Shown in pieces: positions 27,807 through 37,564 of a stretch of DNA of 64,000 nt. A program made the translations under genes and the position numbers. The notes beneath the pieces were generated by a model. That model had not been told where the DNA came from and did not search any database. It was given only the letters and a program-made list of their open reading frames with translations. This DNA comes from Planctomycetota bacterium. Lineage in GTDB: Bacteria; Planctomycetota; UBA8108; UBA1146; JAJFFE01. Location: positions 617 to 64,616 of the forward strand of contig JAJFFE010000316.1 of the NCBI GenBank assembly GCA_021776775.1. Direction: 5' to 3'. The first letter of the stretch is position 1. Each line of letters opens with the position of its first letter.

Positions 27807-28244
27807 TCACTTCGAAGGTGGTTCGACCTCCTCCAGCGGGAGGCGGACGATGCCGATCACGTCTCCCTCCTTGTCGCGAAACTCACCGACGTACGTGATA
27901 CGCAGTTTCTGTTGTCGTTCGAGTTCAGACATCGTGCTGAAGTATCTCACCATCCTCTCCCTCTCGCGCGCTTCGTATACGTCGCGGTCGATTTCGGACG
28001 CGAGGGGATTGGACTCGAGGAATTCGTACACGATGGTTCGGGTCCCGTCCAACCGTGCTCTCATCAGCGTCGGCCCCGCAAAGTTCCGAATCGGCGTTCG
28101 CTCGTTGATCTCGTCGATTCCGGTCTGGAGCCGACTCTTGAACTTTGCGTTGCTCCACCAAAGGAGCCCGCCGCCGACGGCGACCAGTATGAGCACGATT
28201 GCAAGAACAGCGGTCGTCGCCTTGCCCATGGTGCGCTGGTTCAT
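27807..28244 (-). CDS. Membrane-anchored paralog of the preceding protein (C-terminal domain only)
   Basis: Start MNQRTMGKATTAVLAIVLILVAVGG is preceded by AGGAGCCTCCAA-ATG. C-terminal ITYVGEFRDKEGDVIGIVRLPLEE matches the neighbour. Confidence 0.65.
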   Translation of the reverse strand: MNQRTMGKATTAVLAIVLILVAVGGGLLWWSNAKFKSRLQTGIDEINERTPIRNFAGPTLMRARLDGTRTIVYEFLESNPLASEIDRDVYEARERERMVRYFSTMSELERQQKLRITYVGEFRDKEGDVIGIVRLPLEEVEPPSK

Positions 28245-28276
28245 TTGGAGGCTCCTAGTCTTCGTCGCTCGACGAC

Positions 28277-30910
28277 TCATAGTTCGATCACCCGCGAAAG
28301 GTTCGGCGCGCCCCCGGTTCTCGCGCGCAGGTCTTCGATGACTTTCCACCGTTCAGTTCCAGGTTCGCCAACTCCGACGGAATAGACTCCCGCGTCGTAC
28401 ACGCCGACGTCGAACTCGGGGTACTGTTCTCGGATCGTGTAGATGATCTTCCCTTCGGCGTTCTTGATCTGAACGACAGGGTTCTCCATTCCGCGGACCA
28501 CGAAGCGCGTCAACCAGTGCGTCGGTTTGGGACCGTTGTCGCGCTGCTGGATGGTGATGGGCCAACCGTCGTACGGCTTGGCGTCGTCGCCGGTGACGTC
28601 GACCCAGCGGGGCCAATTGGTGAACGTGACCGCGCGTTTGCTCTTGTCGAACTCTGCAATTCCGAAACCTGGGGCTCGGTCGTTGATGGCGTGCGGAGGC
28701 TTCGGGGCAATGTGCGGGTTCGATACCGCGTGAACAGTCATGCGATTGCCGAATCCGTCGAGGTAGTCACCGCTGTAACGCGGGGAGCCTTCCGCGCGAT
28801 TGCCGCCCGGTTGCGACGGAAACCAGCGACGCGGCCACACGTTGGCGACCGACGGGACGCAGAGGGCGAAGCCTGCGTCGCGAAAGCTGTCGACGCCGTA
28901 TTGAATGGTGCTACCGAGGTGCTGATCGCCAGCGATGTGCACGGCGAACCCGCGACGCATGCGATCGACGGCGGCGTTGCGTTTACTCTGCGGCCAGCTA
29001 TTCGAATCGAAGTCGGTCACCGGGACTTCATGGTCTGGATAGCCGCCGAGCGGCCACACCTTGAGTCGCGGGGTGACAGCGTCGTTGTCCGCCGGCGGGG
29101 GGAGCGTCGCGACGTTGGCAAAGATCGTCTGTGAGCAGACGCACTTCATCTCAGCGCCGCCCGACCAGTCATTGGCCCACGACTCCAAGAAGTCGAGCTG
29201 CCGTTGCCCGAGGAGGACCGCTTCCTTGGCGTCCGCCTTGGCGCGGATTTCCGCTTGGGTCATGTCGAACTCAGGGTTCTTGATCCAACCGTTCACGATC
29301 CTCGCCTCGGGAAGCACGACTGAGGGCGCCGACTTCCACTTGCGATCTTCGAGCACCGCGAAGCTGATTCCGCCGTACAGCACGTCACAGTAGTAGACGC
29401 CGATGCCTTGAGCGACCGGGGTCGGGTCAGGGGAGTCGGGCATGTGGCTGGTCTGAGTCCGTTGAACGACGTTGACCCAGGTGGCCGGCATGCGGTATCC
29501 ACCGTTGTCGGTCGCGTACCCTTCGGCGATACGCTTCTCGATACTGATACCACCGGCGCCCCAAATGTTTCCGTGGTAGACGTCGTGGTCATCGGTCATA
29601 GCCAGGCTTGGCGTGTTGCGAAGGAGCTCGCCGTATTCCCAGCCGTAGATCATCCACTTTCGCAAGTAGTCGAGCGTGGCCGTCGCGAGTGGCTTGCGCT
29701 GGATTCCGTACTCTCCGACACGTTCGTACAGTTGGTCCCCGGTGAACACGAGCATGTCGGGCCGAAAGTGCTGAACGTTACGAACAATGTCGGCGTGCGG
29801 GAAGCCGAGATCGTTGTTCCCGGTGAACGCGGCGACGACGATCTTCGCTTGGTCCTTGGGGTCGGGTCGTATCGTGCCTTCGTATGTGAACGTTTTCGGA
29901 CTCTTGCGACCGGCACTCAGTTCGAAGCGAACGCGATAGCGGGTTGGCTTCGTTCGCGCGTAGCCTTCGACGCGGAACGTTGCCGTGCACGCAAGCGGGT
30001 CTCGCTGGGCGGTTGCGACCGGCGACCACGACTCTCCGTCGAAGAGGTCGAGGTGCGCCACCACACCGTCGGCGCCGACCGGCGGCAGTTGTGCCGTGAG
30101 CTTGAGCGAGCCTCGACTCAGGGTGTGTTGGGTGAAGAAGATCGGCCCGAACGTTCGCTCGGCGTGCTCCAAGATGCCGAGCCCGCTGACACGGAAGTCG
30201 CGAAACCAGAATCGCATAGCCCCGCCGCGTTTCGTACGCGGCTTGCCGCCCCATTGCGGATCGACGACGTTGCCCAGGGCGATCGGCGTCTCTACCAGTT
30301 TCGCCGATGAGCAGACCAGGGCTATGCCGCCGTCGAGCGCGCCGCCATCGAGGTCGCGACGGTCGACCGTGACCGGTGCGCCATCTTCGTTCTGCGCGAT
30401 CAACGTCAGTAGGCAGCGGTCGCCTTCGATCGGCATGGCGGTGAGCTTCAAGCTAAACGGAGAGCTCGTGTCGATGCGCAGAGGGTTTTCCGAAGGGGCG
30501 TCACTCGGAGGCTTTCCGAGGAAGGCTACGCCAGTCGGAGTGACGCCGCAGTTGAGCCCGAACCCTCGCACTGCGCTGTCGCGATAGTCGTCGAAGTATC
30601 CACGGACGCCGATGCGAAAGCCGACCCAGCCGAGCGGCTTCTCCTTCGCGTCGAGCGGACCGCAGTCCACCGACAATTCGAACCCGGCCGCACTGTTCTC
30701 GATCGAATGCGTGAGCAGGTAGACGTTGCGGTCTCCTCCCGCCACGTGGCATTCGATTCGTCCGCCGTTCAACTGCCAGTCTTGGAGGGGGTTCGCCCAG
30801 AACTCGGGGCCGATCCAAGGACGTTGCGTCTCGGGGAGCTCGCTTTGATAGTCGTCGGCCACGGCGGGGGTGGCCGCGAGGACGGCGAGCATGATCCAAG
30901 TCGATCTCAT
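28277..30910 (-). CDS. Secreted PhoD-like metallophosphatase (alkaline phosphatase D family)
   Basis: Signal peptide MRSTWIMLAVLAATPAVADD. Calcineurin-like motifs VVAAFTGNNDLG, MLVFTGDQLYE, MTDDHDVYHGNIWG, AVHIAGDQH. The ORF track starts upstream at 30976. Confidence 0.85.
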   Translation of the reverse strand: MRSTWIMLAVLAATPAVADDYQSELPETQRPWIGPEFWANPLQDWQLNGGRIECHVAGGDRNVYLLTHSIENSAAGFELSVDCGPLDAKEKPLGWVGFRIGVRGYFDDYRDSAVRGFGLNCGVTPTGVAFLGKPPSDAPSENPLRIDTSSPFSLKLTAMPIEGDRCLLTLIAQNEDGAPVTVDRRDLDGGALDGGIALVCSSAKLVETPIALGNVVDPQWGGKPRTKRGGAMRFWFRDFRVSGLGILEHAERTFGPIFFTQHTLSRGSLKLTAQLPPVGADGVVAHLDLFDGESWSPVATAQRDPLACTATFRVEGYARTKPTRYRVRFELSAGRKSPKTFTYEGTIRPDPKDQAKIVVAAFTGNNDLGFPHADIVRNVQHFRPDMLVFTGDQLYERVGEYGIQRKPLATATLDYLRKWMIYGWEYGELLRNTPSLAMTDDHDVYHGNIWGAGGISIEKRIAEGYATDNGGYRMPATWVNVVQRTQTSHMPDSPDPTPVAQGIGVYYCDVLYGGISFAVLEDRKWKSAPSVVLPEARIVNGWIKNPEFDMTQAEIRAKADAKEAVLLGQRQLDFLESWANDWSGGAEMKCVCSQTIFANVATLPPPADNDAVTPRLKVWPLGGYPDHEVPVTDFDSNSWPQSKRNAAVDRMRRGFAVHIAGDQHLGSTIQYGVDSFRDAGFALCVPSVANVWPRRWFPSQPGGNRAEGSPRYSGDYLDGFGNRMTVHAVSNPHIAPKPPHAINDRAPGFGIAEFDKSKRAVTFTNWPRWVDVTGDDAKPYDGWPITIQQRDNGPKPTHWLTRFVVRGMENPVVQIKNAEGKIIYTIREQYPEFDVGVYDAGVYSVGVGEPGTERWKVIEDLRARTGGAPNLSRVIEL

Positions 30911-31052
30911 GCGAAGTCCTGATTCATCTCGTGAATGGGTGTCAAGAGTAGGCACAGTTTGACCGAGTTCGCGCATCCGCGACAGGGATCATCACGGAGG
31001 TCGGGCTGCTCTCGCTCTGGCTTACATCGCGTGGGTCGGCTATACGTCAGGC

Positions 31053-31634
31053 GTGTCTCGGAGTCTGGCCCTCGAAGGAGCGATCATGATTTGGGTTTGG
31101 ATCGTCATTGGCGCCCTGGCGGCGTTGATCATCGTGCCGGTCGTGATCGGCCTTTTTCTTCCCGAAGTCTACGTCGGCCAAGCAGACCGCCGATTTGAGT
31201 GGACGCCCGAAGAAGTGTGGGCGGCAATCCATGACGCGGCGAAGAACCCGGTGAGTGGACGCCAGTGTCGAGGTGTGGAATCCGCGGGTGACAGCGTCGA
31301 ACTTCCGTCCGGGCCAAACGATCGCGATGAGTCGAGCCTACCGAACTGGATCGAAGACATGGGCTCCACCAAGATCACCGTGACGACCATCGAGAGCGAT
31401 CGTCCCAAACGGGTGGTGCGACACTTCAAGGACTCCGTCGTCCCTATGACGGCCGAGTCGATCATCACGATCGAAGCCGACGGTGGGGCGACCAAGGTCA
31501 CGGTTGAGAACACGATAACCATCAAGCGCGGCACCTGGCACGTACCGATCTTTCGATTCATGATGACGATCATGAACGGTGCCCGTCGAGGCTGCAGTGA
31601 CTACCTGAAGAATCTCAAACGCCCGAGCGACTGA
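31053..31634 (+). CDS. Membrane protein with SRPBCC (polyketide cyclase/START-like) domain
   Basis: N-terminal TM MIWVWIVIGALAALIIVPVVIGLF followed by ~150 aa with a SRPBCC-like pattern. Low certainty on family. Confidence 0.55.
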   Translation: MSRSLALEGAIMIWVWIVIGALAALIIVPVVIGLFLPEVYVGQADRRFEWTPEEVWAAIHDAAKNPVSGRQCRGVESAGDSVELPSGPNDRDESSLPNWIEDMGSTKITVTTIESDRPKRVVRHFKDSVVPMTAESIITIEADGGATKVTVENTITIKRGTWHVPIFRFMMTIMNGARRGCSDYLKNLKRPSD

Positions 31635-31676
31635 CGCCGATCCGAGTCGTGGGAACGCCGCCCAAGGTTGGCGGGA

Positions 31677-31724
31677 AACAAAAGCGGGCGCGCGAACCGA
31701 GGTCCGCGCGCCCGCTTTTGTTTC
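31677..31724. terminator. Bidirectional rho-independent terminator
   Basis: aaacaaaagcgggcgcgcg-aaccgaggtc-cgcgcgcccgcttttgttt is a perfect 15-bp GC stem flanked by an A-tract and a T-tract. It sits between convergent genes. Confidence 0.8.
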
Positions 31725-31739
31725 AGTCATCGACGAGTC

Positions 31740-34700
31740 TTAGGGACAGGTGTACTCGAGACACGTCTCGCCACTCGGAGTGGGATCTGGCAGACACTCC
31801 CCGAACGGCGACGGTGGAGCCGCTCCGTCGAGGAAAATGTACTGCAGCATGTAGATCACGTCCCCGAGGTCGACCATGCCGTCATCGTTGTGGTCGCACG
31901 CGGAGAGGCAGCTGCTCACCGGGAAACCCTGGAACGTGAACCGCATGATCTTGATGGCGTCGGCCATGTTGACGATGCCATCCGAGTTGCAGTCACCGCG
32001 AATGAACGCCGGATCCGGATCGGGGTCGACCATGACCGTAGCGATCTGGCTCGTCACCGAACCGCACGCGTTCGTGATCACGACTTCGTAGACTCCGGAG
32101 TCCGTCGGCTGCGCGTCGGTGATGGTCAGCGTGGATCCGGTTTCACCCAGGATCTCTAAGCCGTCCAAGAGCCACTGGTACGAGAACGGCCCAGTGCCGT
32201 CGACCGCAACAGTGAGCGTTACCGTTGCGCCGACAGCGAACATGCCACCGACCGGCTGCGCCGTGATCGTCGGCGCTTCGCCGACGGTGACGTTTGCCGA
32301 TCCGCTCGTCACGCTGCCGCAGTCGTTAGAGACGACGACGTCGTAGCTGCCGGCGTCGCTCGCGACTGGACTCGGGATATCGAACGACGACATCGTCGCG
32401 CCCGGAATATCCACGCCGTCGCGGCGCCACTGGTACGTGAACGGACTCGAGCCCGACGCGGTCACCGACATGCTGATCGGATCGCCTTCGCAGACATCCG
32501 CGTCGGCCGGGTCGGTCACGCTCGGAGGAGTGAGAACCGAGAGGTTCCCGCCGCCGCTGGTGACGGTTCCACATGCATTCGACACTTCGACCGTGTAGTT
32601 GCCGGCGTCGGCCGTGGCGGCCGCGGCCACGTCGAACGACGCGCTCGTGGCGCCCGCGATCGGTGAGCCGTCGACGAACCACTGGTACGACAGCGGAGCA
32701 CTGCCGGCGGCCGCGACCGAGAACGACGCCGACATGCCTTCGCACGTCGTCTCGTCCTGCGGATCGGCGGTGATCGTCGGTGCGGTTTGCACGACGAGCG
32801 ACGCGGGGTCACTGGTCGCCGAACCACAATCGTTGCTCACCGTCACCGAGAAGTCCCCAGCGTCCGCGGTCGAGACCGAGGCGATGGTATAGGAGCTACT
32901 CGTGGCGCCCGGGATCGCGGTGCCGTTCATCAACCATTGGAAGGTGAGAGGCGCGTCTCCCGAAGCGGTCGCGGTGAACGTTGCCGAGTCGCCTTCGCAG
33001 GCGGTGACGTCGTCCGGGCTCGCCACGATTTCGGCCCGAGCTTGCACCACGAGAGTGGCGCCCATGCTCGTCGCCGTTCCACAGACATTCGTGACTTCGA
33101 CGGTGTAGGTACCAGCGTCGCCAACTGTCGTGGCGGGGATCATGTACGAGTCGCCGGTCGCACCGGGGATCATGGCGCCGTTCATGAACCACTGATACGT
33201 CAGGGGAGCGGTGCCGGTCGCGGTGACCGAAAAGCTCGCGCTATCACCGGAACATGCGGTTGCCGAACTCGGCTGCGACGTGATTGCCGCCGCCGTGTCG
33301 ACCGTCAACGTCGCGGCGCCGCTGGTCGCGGTACCGCAGTCGTTGGTGACCGTGACCGTGTAGCTTCCCGCGTCGCCTGCCGCCATGGCAGCGATGAGGT
33401 AGGAGTCGCTCGTGGCACCAGGAATCGCGGCTCCGTCGAGGAACCACTGGTACGTCAGCGGCGCGTCGCCACTGGCCGTGACCATGAACGTCGCCGAGTC
33501 GCCTTCGCAACCCGTGACGCTCGCCGGTCCCGTGACGATCGCCGCCGCCACCCCGACCGTCAGAGTTGCGCCGACGCTAGTGGCGCTACCGCACGCGTTG
33601 GTGACTTCGACGGAGTAGTTGCCGGCGTCACCGACAGCCGCAGCCGCGATCATGTAGGTCGCCGACGTGGCACCGGGGATCGCGGTTCCGTCCTTCGACC
33701 ATTGGTACGACAGCGGTGCGGTCCCGGTCGCGGTGACCGAGAAGGTGACGCTGTCACCCTCGCACGAGGTCGAGCCTAAGGGTTGGGAGGTGATTTCCGG
33801 GGCGGTGTCGACCGTCAACGTGGCGGCGTCGCTGATTGCGGTTCCGCAATCGTTCTCGACCGACACGGAGTAACTTCCGGCGTCACCGAGCGCGGCGGAT
33901 GCGATCGAGTACGTGCTACCCGTCGCACCCGGAACGGCGATTCCGTCCTTGAACCACTGAAAGAGTAGTGGAGCGTCGCCCGTGGCGGTCACGGCGAAGC
34001 TTGCCATGTCGCCTTCGCAGACCGAGGTAGAGCTGGGCTGAGCGGTGATCGCCGGTGCGATTTCGACCGTCAGCACGGCGCCCGAGCTGGTCGCTGTGCC
34101 GCAGTTGTTCGACACTTCTACCGAGTAGGTACCCGCGTCGGAAACGGCGGCGCCGGCCAGCGTGAACGCGCTGCCGGTCGCACCAGGAATCGCAGTGCCG
34201 TCCTTGAACCATTGGTACATGAGCGGTGCGCTGCCGGTCGCGGTGATCGAGAAGGAAGCCGAGTCGCCTTCGCACACCGTGCTCGACAGTGGGTCGCTCG
34301 TGATGGCCGGCGCAGTTTCGACAACGAGCACCGCGGCGGTCGACGTGGCCGACCCGCAGTCGTTGGTCGCAGTGACCGAGTAGCTACCCGCGTCACCGGT
34401 CGCCGCCGATGCGATCGTGAACGAATTCATGGTGGCGCCCGGAATGGTGCTGCCGTCCTTCGACCACTGGTACGAGATCGGATCGCTGCCGGACGCCGTC
34501 ACACTGAACGTCACCGAGTCGCCGGCGCAGACGGTGCCGCCGGCTGGGTTCGCGGTGATCTCCGCGGCGGTGCGCACGGTGAGCAACGCGCCCGCGCTGG
34601 TCGCGGAGCCACAGTCGTTCGTGACCGTCGCCGAGTAGACGCCTGCGTCTGACGGCGAGCTGCTCATGACCGTCAAGCTGCTCGAGGTTGCGCCAGGGAT

Positions 34701-36992
34701 AGCCGTGCCGTCTTTCGACCACTGGTATGACAGCGGGCCGCTGCCGCTCGCCGTGATCGAGAAGGTGGCGGCGTCGCCTTCGCACACCGTCATGTCCGAC
34801 GGATCGACGTCGATCACGGGAGGCGTGCGAACGGTGAGGTCGGCGGCGCTACTCGTCACCGAGCCGCACTCGTTGGCGACAGTGACGGTGTAGGAGCCGG
34901 CATCCGCGACGGAGGCCGTCGCGATGCTGAACGACGTGTTCGTCGCTCCGGGAATCGCGCTACCGTTGAAGTTCCATTGGTAGGTCAGCGGTGTGCTGCC
35001 GGTCGCGGTGACGGTGACCGTGACCGAATCGTCTTCGCACACCGTTTGAGATTGCGGTTGGGCGGTGATAGCCGCCGGAGTCCGAACGGTGATCGCCACG
35101 CCGGACGACGTCGCGCTGCCGCAGCTGTTGGTTGCCACGATGTCGTAGGTGCCGGAATCGCCGACGCCGACCGACGCGATGGTGAACGAGCTGCCGGTCG
35201 CGCCGGGAATTGCGGAGCCGTTGCGTCGCCACTGCAGGGTGATCGGTGCCGATCCGTCGACCGTAGCCATGAACGTGACCGAGCTGCCTTGGCAAGGCGT
35301 CATCGAGTCGACGGACACTTGCACGATGGTCGGCGCGACTTCGACCGTGAGTACGGCCGCTTCGCTGGTGTCGCTACCGCAGCCGTTCGTCACGACGGCG
35401 TCGTAGCTGCCGGCGTTCGCTTCGGTCACTCCAGTCAAGCTCAGCGTGGTGCCGGTTTCGCCGGAGATCGGACTGCCGTTCTTGCGCCACTGAATGGTCG
35501 GTGCCGGGTCACCCGTCACCGAGACGGTGAAACTGACGTCACTGCCAACACACACGGTCTGATCGTCAGGGTCACTGACCGTTGGCGTGGTTTGCACGGT
35601 CAACGCGGCCGGCGCGCTGGTGAGCGTGACGCACGGGTTGGTGACCACGACGTCGTAGGTTCCTCCGTTGGAACTCGTCGCGGCACCGATAGTGAAGGTG
35701 GAGCTCGTCGCGCCCGGGATCGCCACGCCATCTTTGCGCCACTGATACGTGATCGTGGCGGTGCCGCTGGCATCGACGGAGAACGACACGGAATCGCCTT
35801 CGCAGACCGTCTGGTCGTTCGGCTGGGTATCGATCTGGCCCGAGCAGACGACGTGAATGATCGGGTCGCAGACGGTGTCGCCACCGAACTCGTCAGTAAC
35901 GTGGTACCAGAACGGGTGCGTTCCGATATCGGCCGCGGTCGGCGTCCACGTGAAGACGCTCGAGGTGCTAGTGCCGGGGCTGGAGTCGAGCGGCAGCGCC
36001 GGAGTGTGAACCGCGCCGGCCGGGAGACCGATCTCGGTGATGACCACGGACGCGTCGTAAGTGGTCGACTCTCCGTAGACGGTGAAGGTCAGGGTCTGAC
36101 CGACCTCGACGGTGTATTCCTCGCCGCCCGCGACCGGCACGCCGGCGGGGGTGAGTTCACAGATGGGCGGGGTGACGGGAGGTGTTGCCTCGAAGACGAT
36201 TCCGTCGATACCACCGGAGCCGTCGAGTTCGACTTCCATGCGGTGAACGCCGGAGACGCCCACGCCAGCTGCGCCGATGGTATGAATTCGGACGCCATTG
36301 CAACCCGTCGCTCCGAGTGAGAACGCTGCGATCAGGCTACCGGAGGAATCGTAGAGACGCGCCGTGCCGGGCGCTTCGGATGCTTCACCATCGATCGTCG
36401 TGATTTCGAAGATGGTGATGTCTGTCGGGACGAACGGCGCGGTGATCGTCGAAAAGTCGAAGTCGAAGATCATGTCCGATTGGGCGGCGTCGTCCGGGTC
36501 GTCGACGAAGCCGTCGGCGGGCGACGTGTCGACCAAGTCTTCCGCGAAGATCAGGATCTTACCGAGGGGGAAACTGTTCTCGAACGGCTGGCCCATCTCA
36601 CCCGCGGGACCCATGCCCGGTCCGCCGAACGTGTTGTTCGGTGAGCCGAGGTCGAAGTCTCCGCCGGTGGGGTTGGAGCTGTCGAAGATCAAAGCTCGGT
36701 TGGTGCCGGGATCACTTGGGATCGAGCCGTCGAGCCCGATCGGACCGACCGCAGTGCCGGCCGCGTCGCCGTCCACGGACGAAACCACTTCACCGGTGCT
36801 ATGGCTCTCGAAGTCGATGACCGCGGTCACGCCTTGTGCGCTAGCGGTCCGTGTCCCAAACGCCATCGATAGTGCCACGGCAGCGATGGAAAGCCATCGC
36901 AGACCGGTGGCAACGGGTGCGTTCTGCACTGTAATCCCCCTCGATTTTTTCAGCGGTTTTGAGCCCGAGGCAGCGCCCGCCCACACGAACAA
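31740..36992 (-). CDS. Giant secreted protein with 15 tandem Ig-like (I-set type) repeats and C-terminal Cys-rich dockerin-like module
   Basis: 15 repeats of ~85 aa with core QxxTVCEGDSxTFSVTATGxxPLxYQWxKDGxAIPGATxSxxTIxxAxxxDAGxYxVxVxNxCGxxTSxxAxLTV. C-terminus IRGDCNSDGIVNMADAIKIM...CLSACDHNDDGMVDLGDVIYML...CLEYTCP. The likely true start is GTG at 36929 (SD GAGGGGGA) giving a signal peptide. The ORF track starts at the ATG at 36992. Confidence 0.9.
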   Translation of the reverse strand: MFVWAGAASGSKPLKKSRGITVQNAPVATGLRWLSIAAVALSMAFGTRTASAQGVTAVIDFESHSTGEVVSSVDGDAAGTAVGPIGLDGSIPSDPGTNRALIFDSSNPTGGDFDLGSPNNTFGGPGMGPAGEMGQPFENSFPLGKILIFAEDLVDTSPADGFVDDPDDAAQSDMIFDFDFSTITAPFVPTDITIFEITTIDGEASEAPGTARLYDSSGSLIAAFSLGATGCNGVRIHTIGAAGVGVSGVHRMEVELDGSGGIDGIVFEATPPVTPPICELTPAGVPVAGGEEYTVEVGQTLTFTVYGESTTYDASVVITEIGLPAGAVHTPALPLDSSPGTSTSSVFTWTPTAADIGTHPFWYHVTDEFGGDTVCDPIIHVVCSGQIDTQPNDQTVCEGDSVSFSVDASGTATITYQWRKDGVAIPGATSSTFTIGAATSSNGGTYDVVVTNPCVTLTSAPAALTVQTTPTVSDPDDQTVCVGSDVSFTVSVTGDPAPTIQWRKNGSPISGETGTTLSLTGVTEANAGSYDAVVTNGCGSDTSEAAVLTVEVAPTIVQVSVDSMTPCQGSSVTFMATVDGSAPITLQWRRNGSAIPGATGSSFTIASVGVGDSGTYDIVATNSCGSATSSGVAITVRTPAAITAQPQSQTVCEDDSVTVTVTATGSTPLTYQWNFNGSAIPGATNTSFSIATASVADAGSYTVTVANECGSVTSSAADLTVRTPPVIDVDPSDMTVCEGDAATFSITASGSGPLSYQWSKDGTAIPGATSSSLTVMSSSPSDAGVYSATVTNDCGSATSAGALLTVRTAAEITANPAGGTVCAGDSVTFSVTASGSDPISYQWSKDGSTIPGATMNSFTIASAATGDAGSYSVTATNDCGSATSTAAVLVVETAPAITSDPLSSTVCEGDSASFSITATGSAPLMYQWFKDGTAIPGATGSAFTLAGAAVSDAGTYSVEVSNNCGTATSSGAVLTVEIAPAITAQPSSTSVCEGDMASFAVTATGDAPLLFQWFKDGIAVPGATGSTYSIASAALGDAGSYSVSVENDCGTAISDAATLTVDTAPEITSQPLGSTSCEGDSVTFSVTATGTAPLSYQWSKDGTAIPGATSATYMIAAAAVGDAGNYSVEVTNACGSATSVGATLTVGVAAAIVTGPASVTGCEGDSATFMVTASGDAPLTYQWFLDGAAIPGATSDSYLIAAMAAGDAGSYTVTVTNDCGTATSGAATLTVDTAAAITSQPSSATACSGDSASFSVTATGTAPLTYQWFMNGAMIPGATGDSYMIPATTVGDAGTYTVEVTNVCGTATSMGATLVVQARAEIVASPDDVTACEGDSATFTATASGDAPLTFQWLMNGTAIPGATSSSYTIASVSTADAGDFSVTVSNDCGSATSDPASLVVQTAPTITADPQDETTCEGMSASFSVAAAGSAPLSYQWFVDGSPIAGATSASFDVAAAATADAGNYTVEVSNACGTVTSGGGNLSVLTPPSVTDPADADVCEGDPISMSVTASGSSPFTYQWRRDGVDIPGATMSSFDIPSPVASDAGSYDVVVSNDCGSVTSGSANVTVGEAPTITAQPVGGMFAVGATVTLTVAVDGTGPFSYQWLLDGLEILGETGSTLTITDAQPTDSGVYEVVITNACGSVTSQIATVMVDPDPDPAFIRGDCNSDGIVNMADAIKIMRFTFQGFPVSSCLSACDHNDDGMVDLGDVIYMLQYIFLDGAAPPSPFGECLPDPTPSGETCLEYTCP
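32100..35850 (-). repeat. Tandem ~255-bp coding repeats (Ig-like domain array)
   Basis: Visible as the periodic recurrence of the ...YQW[FSRL]KDG... and ...CG[ST]ATS... codon blocks inside the giant gene. Confidence 0.8.
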
Positions 36993-37564
36993 AGCGAAAA
37001 GTAGGGCGCTGACTCTATTTCTGTTTCTCTGCGCCCACCTTCCGGAATTCCGCCACTCTCATCAATGGGTTACTTCCGTTGGCTCGCGATTCGGAGACGC
37101 GCGCTTGGCCTTAAGTGTTGAAAGAGTTGTGTTTTGTGGACGAGTTTCACGGTCGTAGCCGAAACCGGTGTGCGTAGGAAAACCCATCCGTACGGAGCCG
37201 CGGTAGCGGTCGTTTCGCAAGAATAGAAAAGCGTAAAAAGAAGAAGCGCGCCGTGCCGGGACGTGAGCCCCCGCTCGGACGCGCTTCGAGCCTACTGCGA
37301 GCCGGAGCCTCCCTGCCTGGAGAACTCCGGCGGACTACGCTGCGACCGTTTTCCCGGACCCGGGAGGTCGAAGCGCATCGACGTTGATCGAGACTGATAC
37401 CGGCTGGGCGGTCCAGCGGGTGGGCTCTCGCAACGACACTTCCTTGACGAAACCGAGAGACGCTCGGAGTCGATTCCTTAGCCGTCGCCGAACACGACCG
37501 CGCGAATCTCGACGACGCCTCAACCACGAATCCGACGGAGGGTCCGCGTGCAAGGTTCTTCGCC

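Noticed and set aside
32787-36320. Several 300-450-aa plus-strand ORFs inside the giant Ig-repeat gene
   Set aside because: Repeat-derived shadow frames. The minus-strand frame gives a coherent Ig-domain array with signal peptide.
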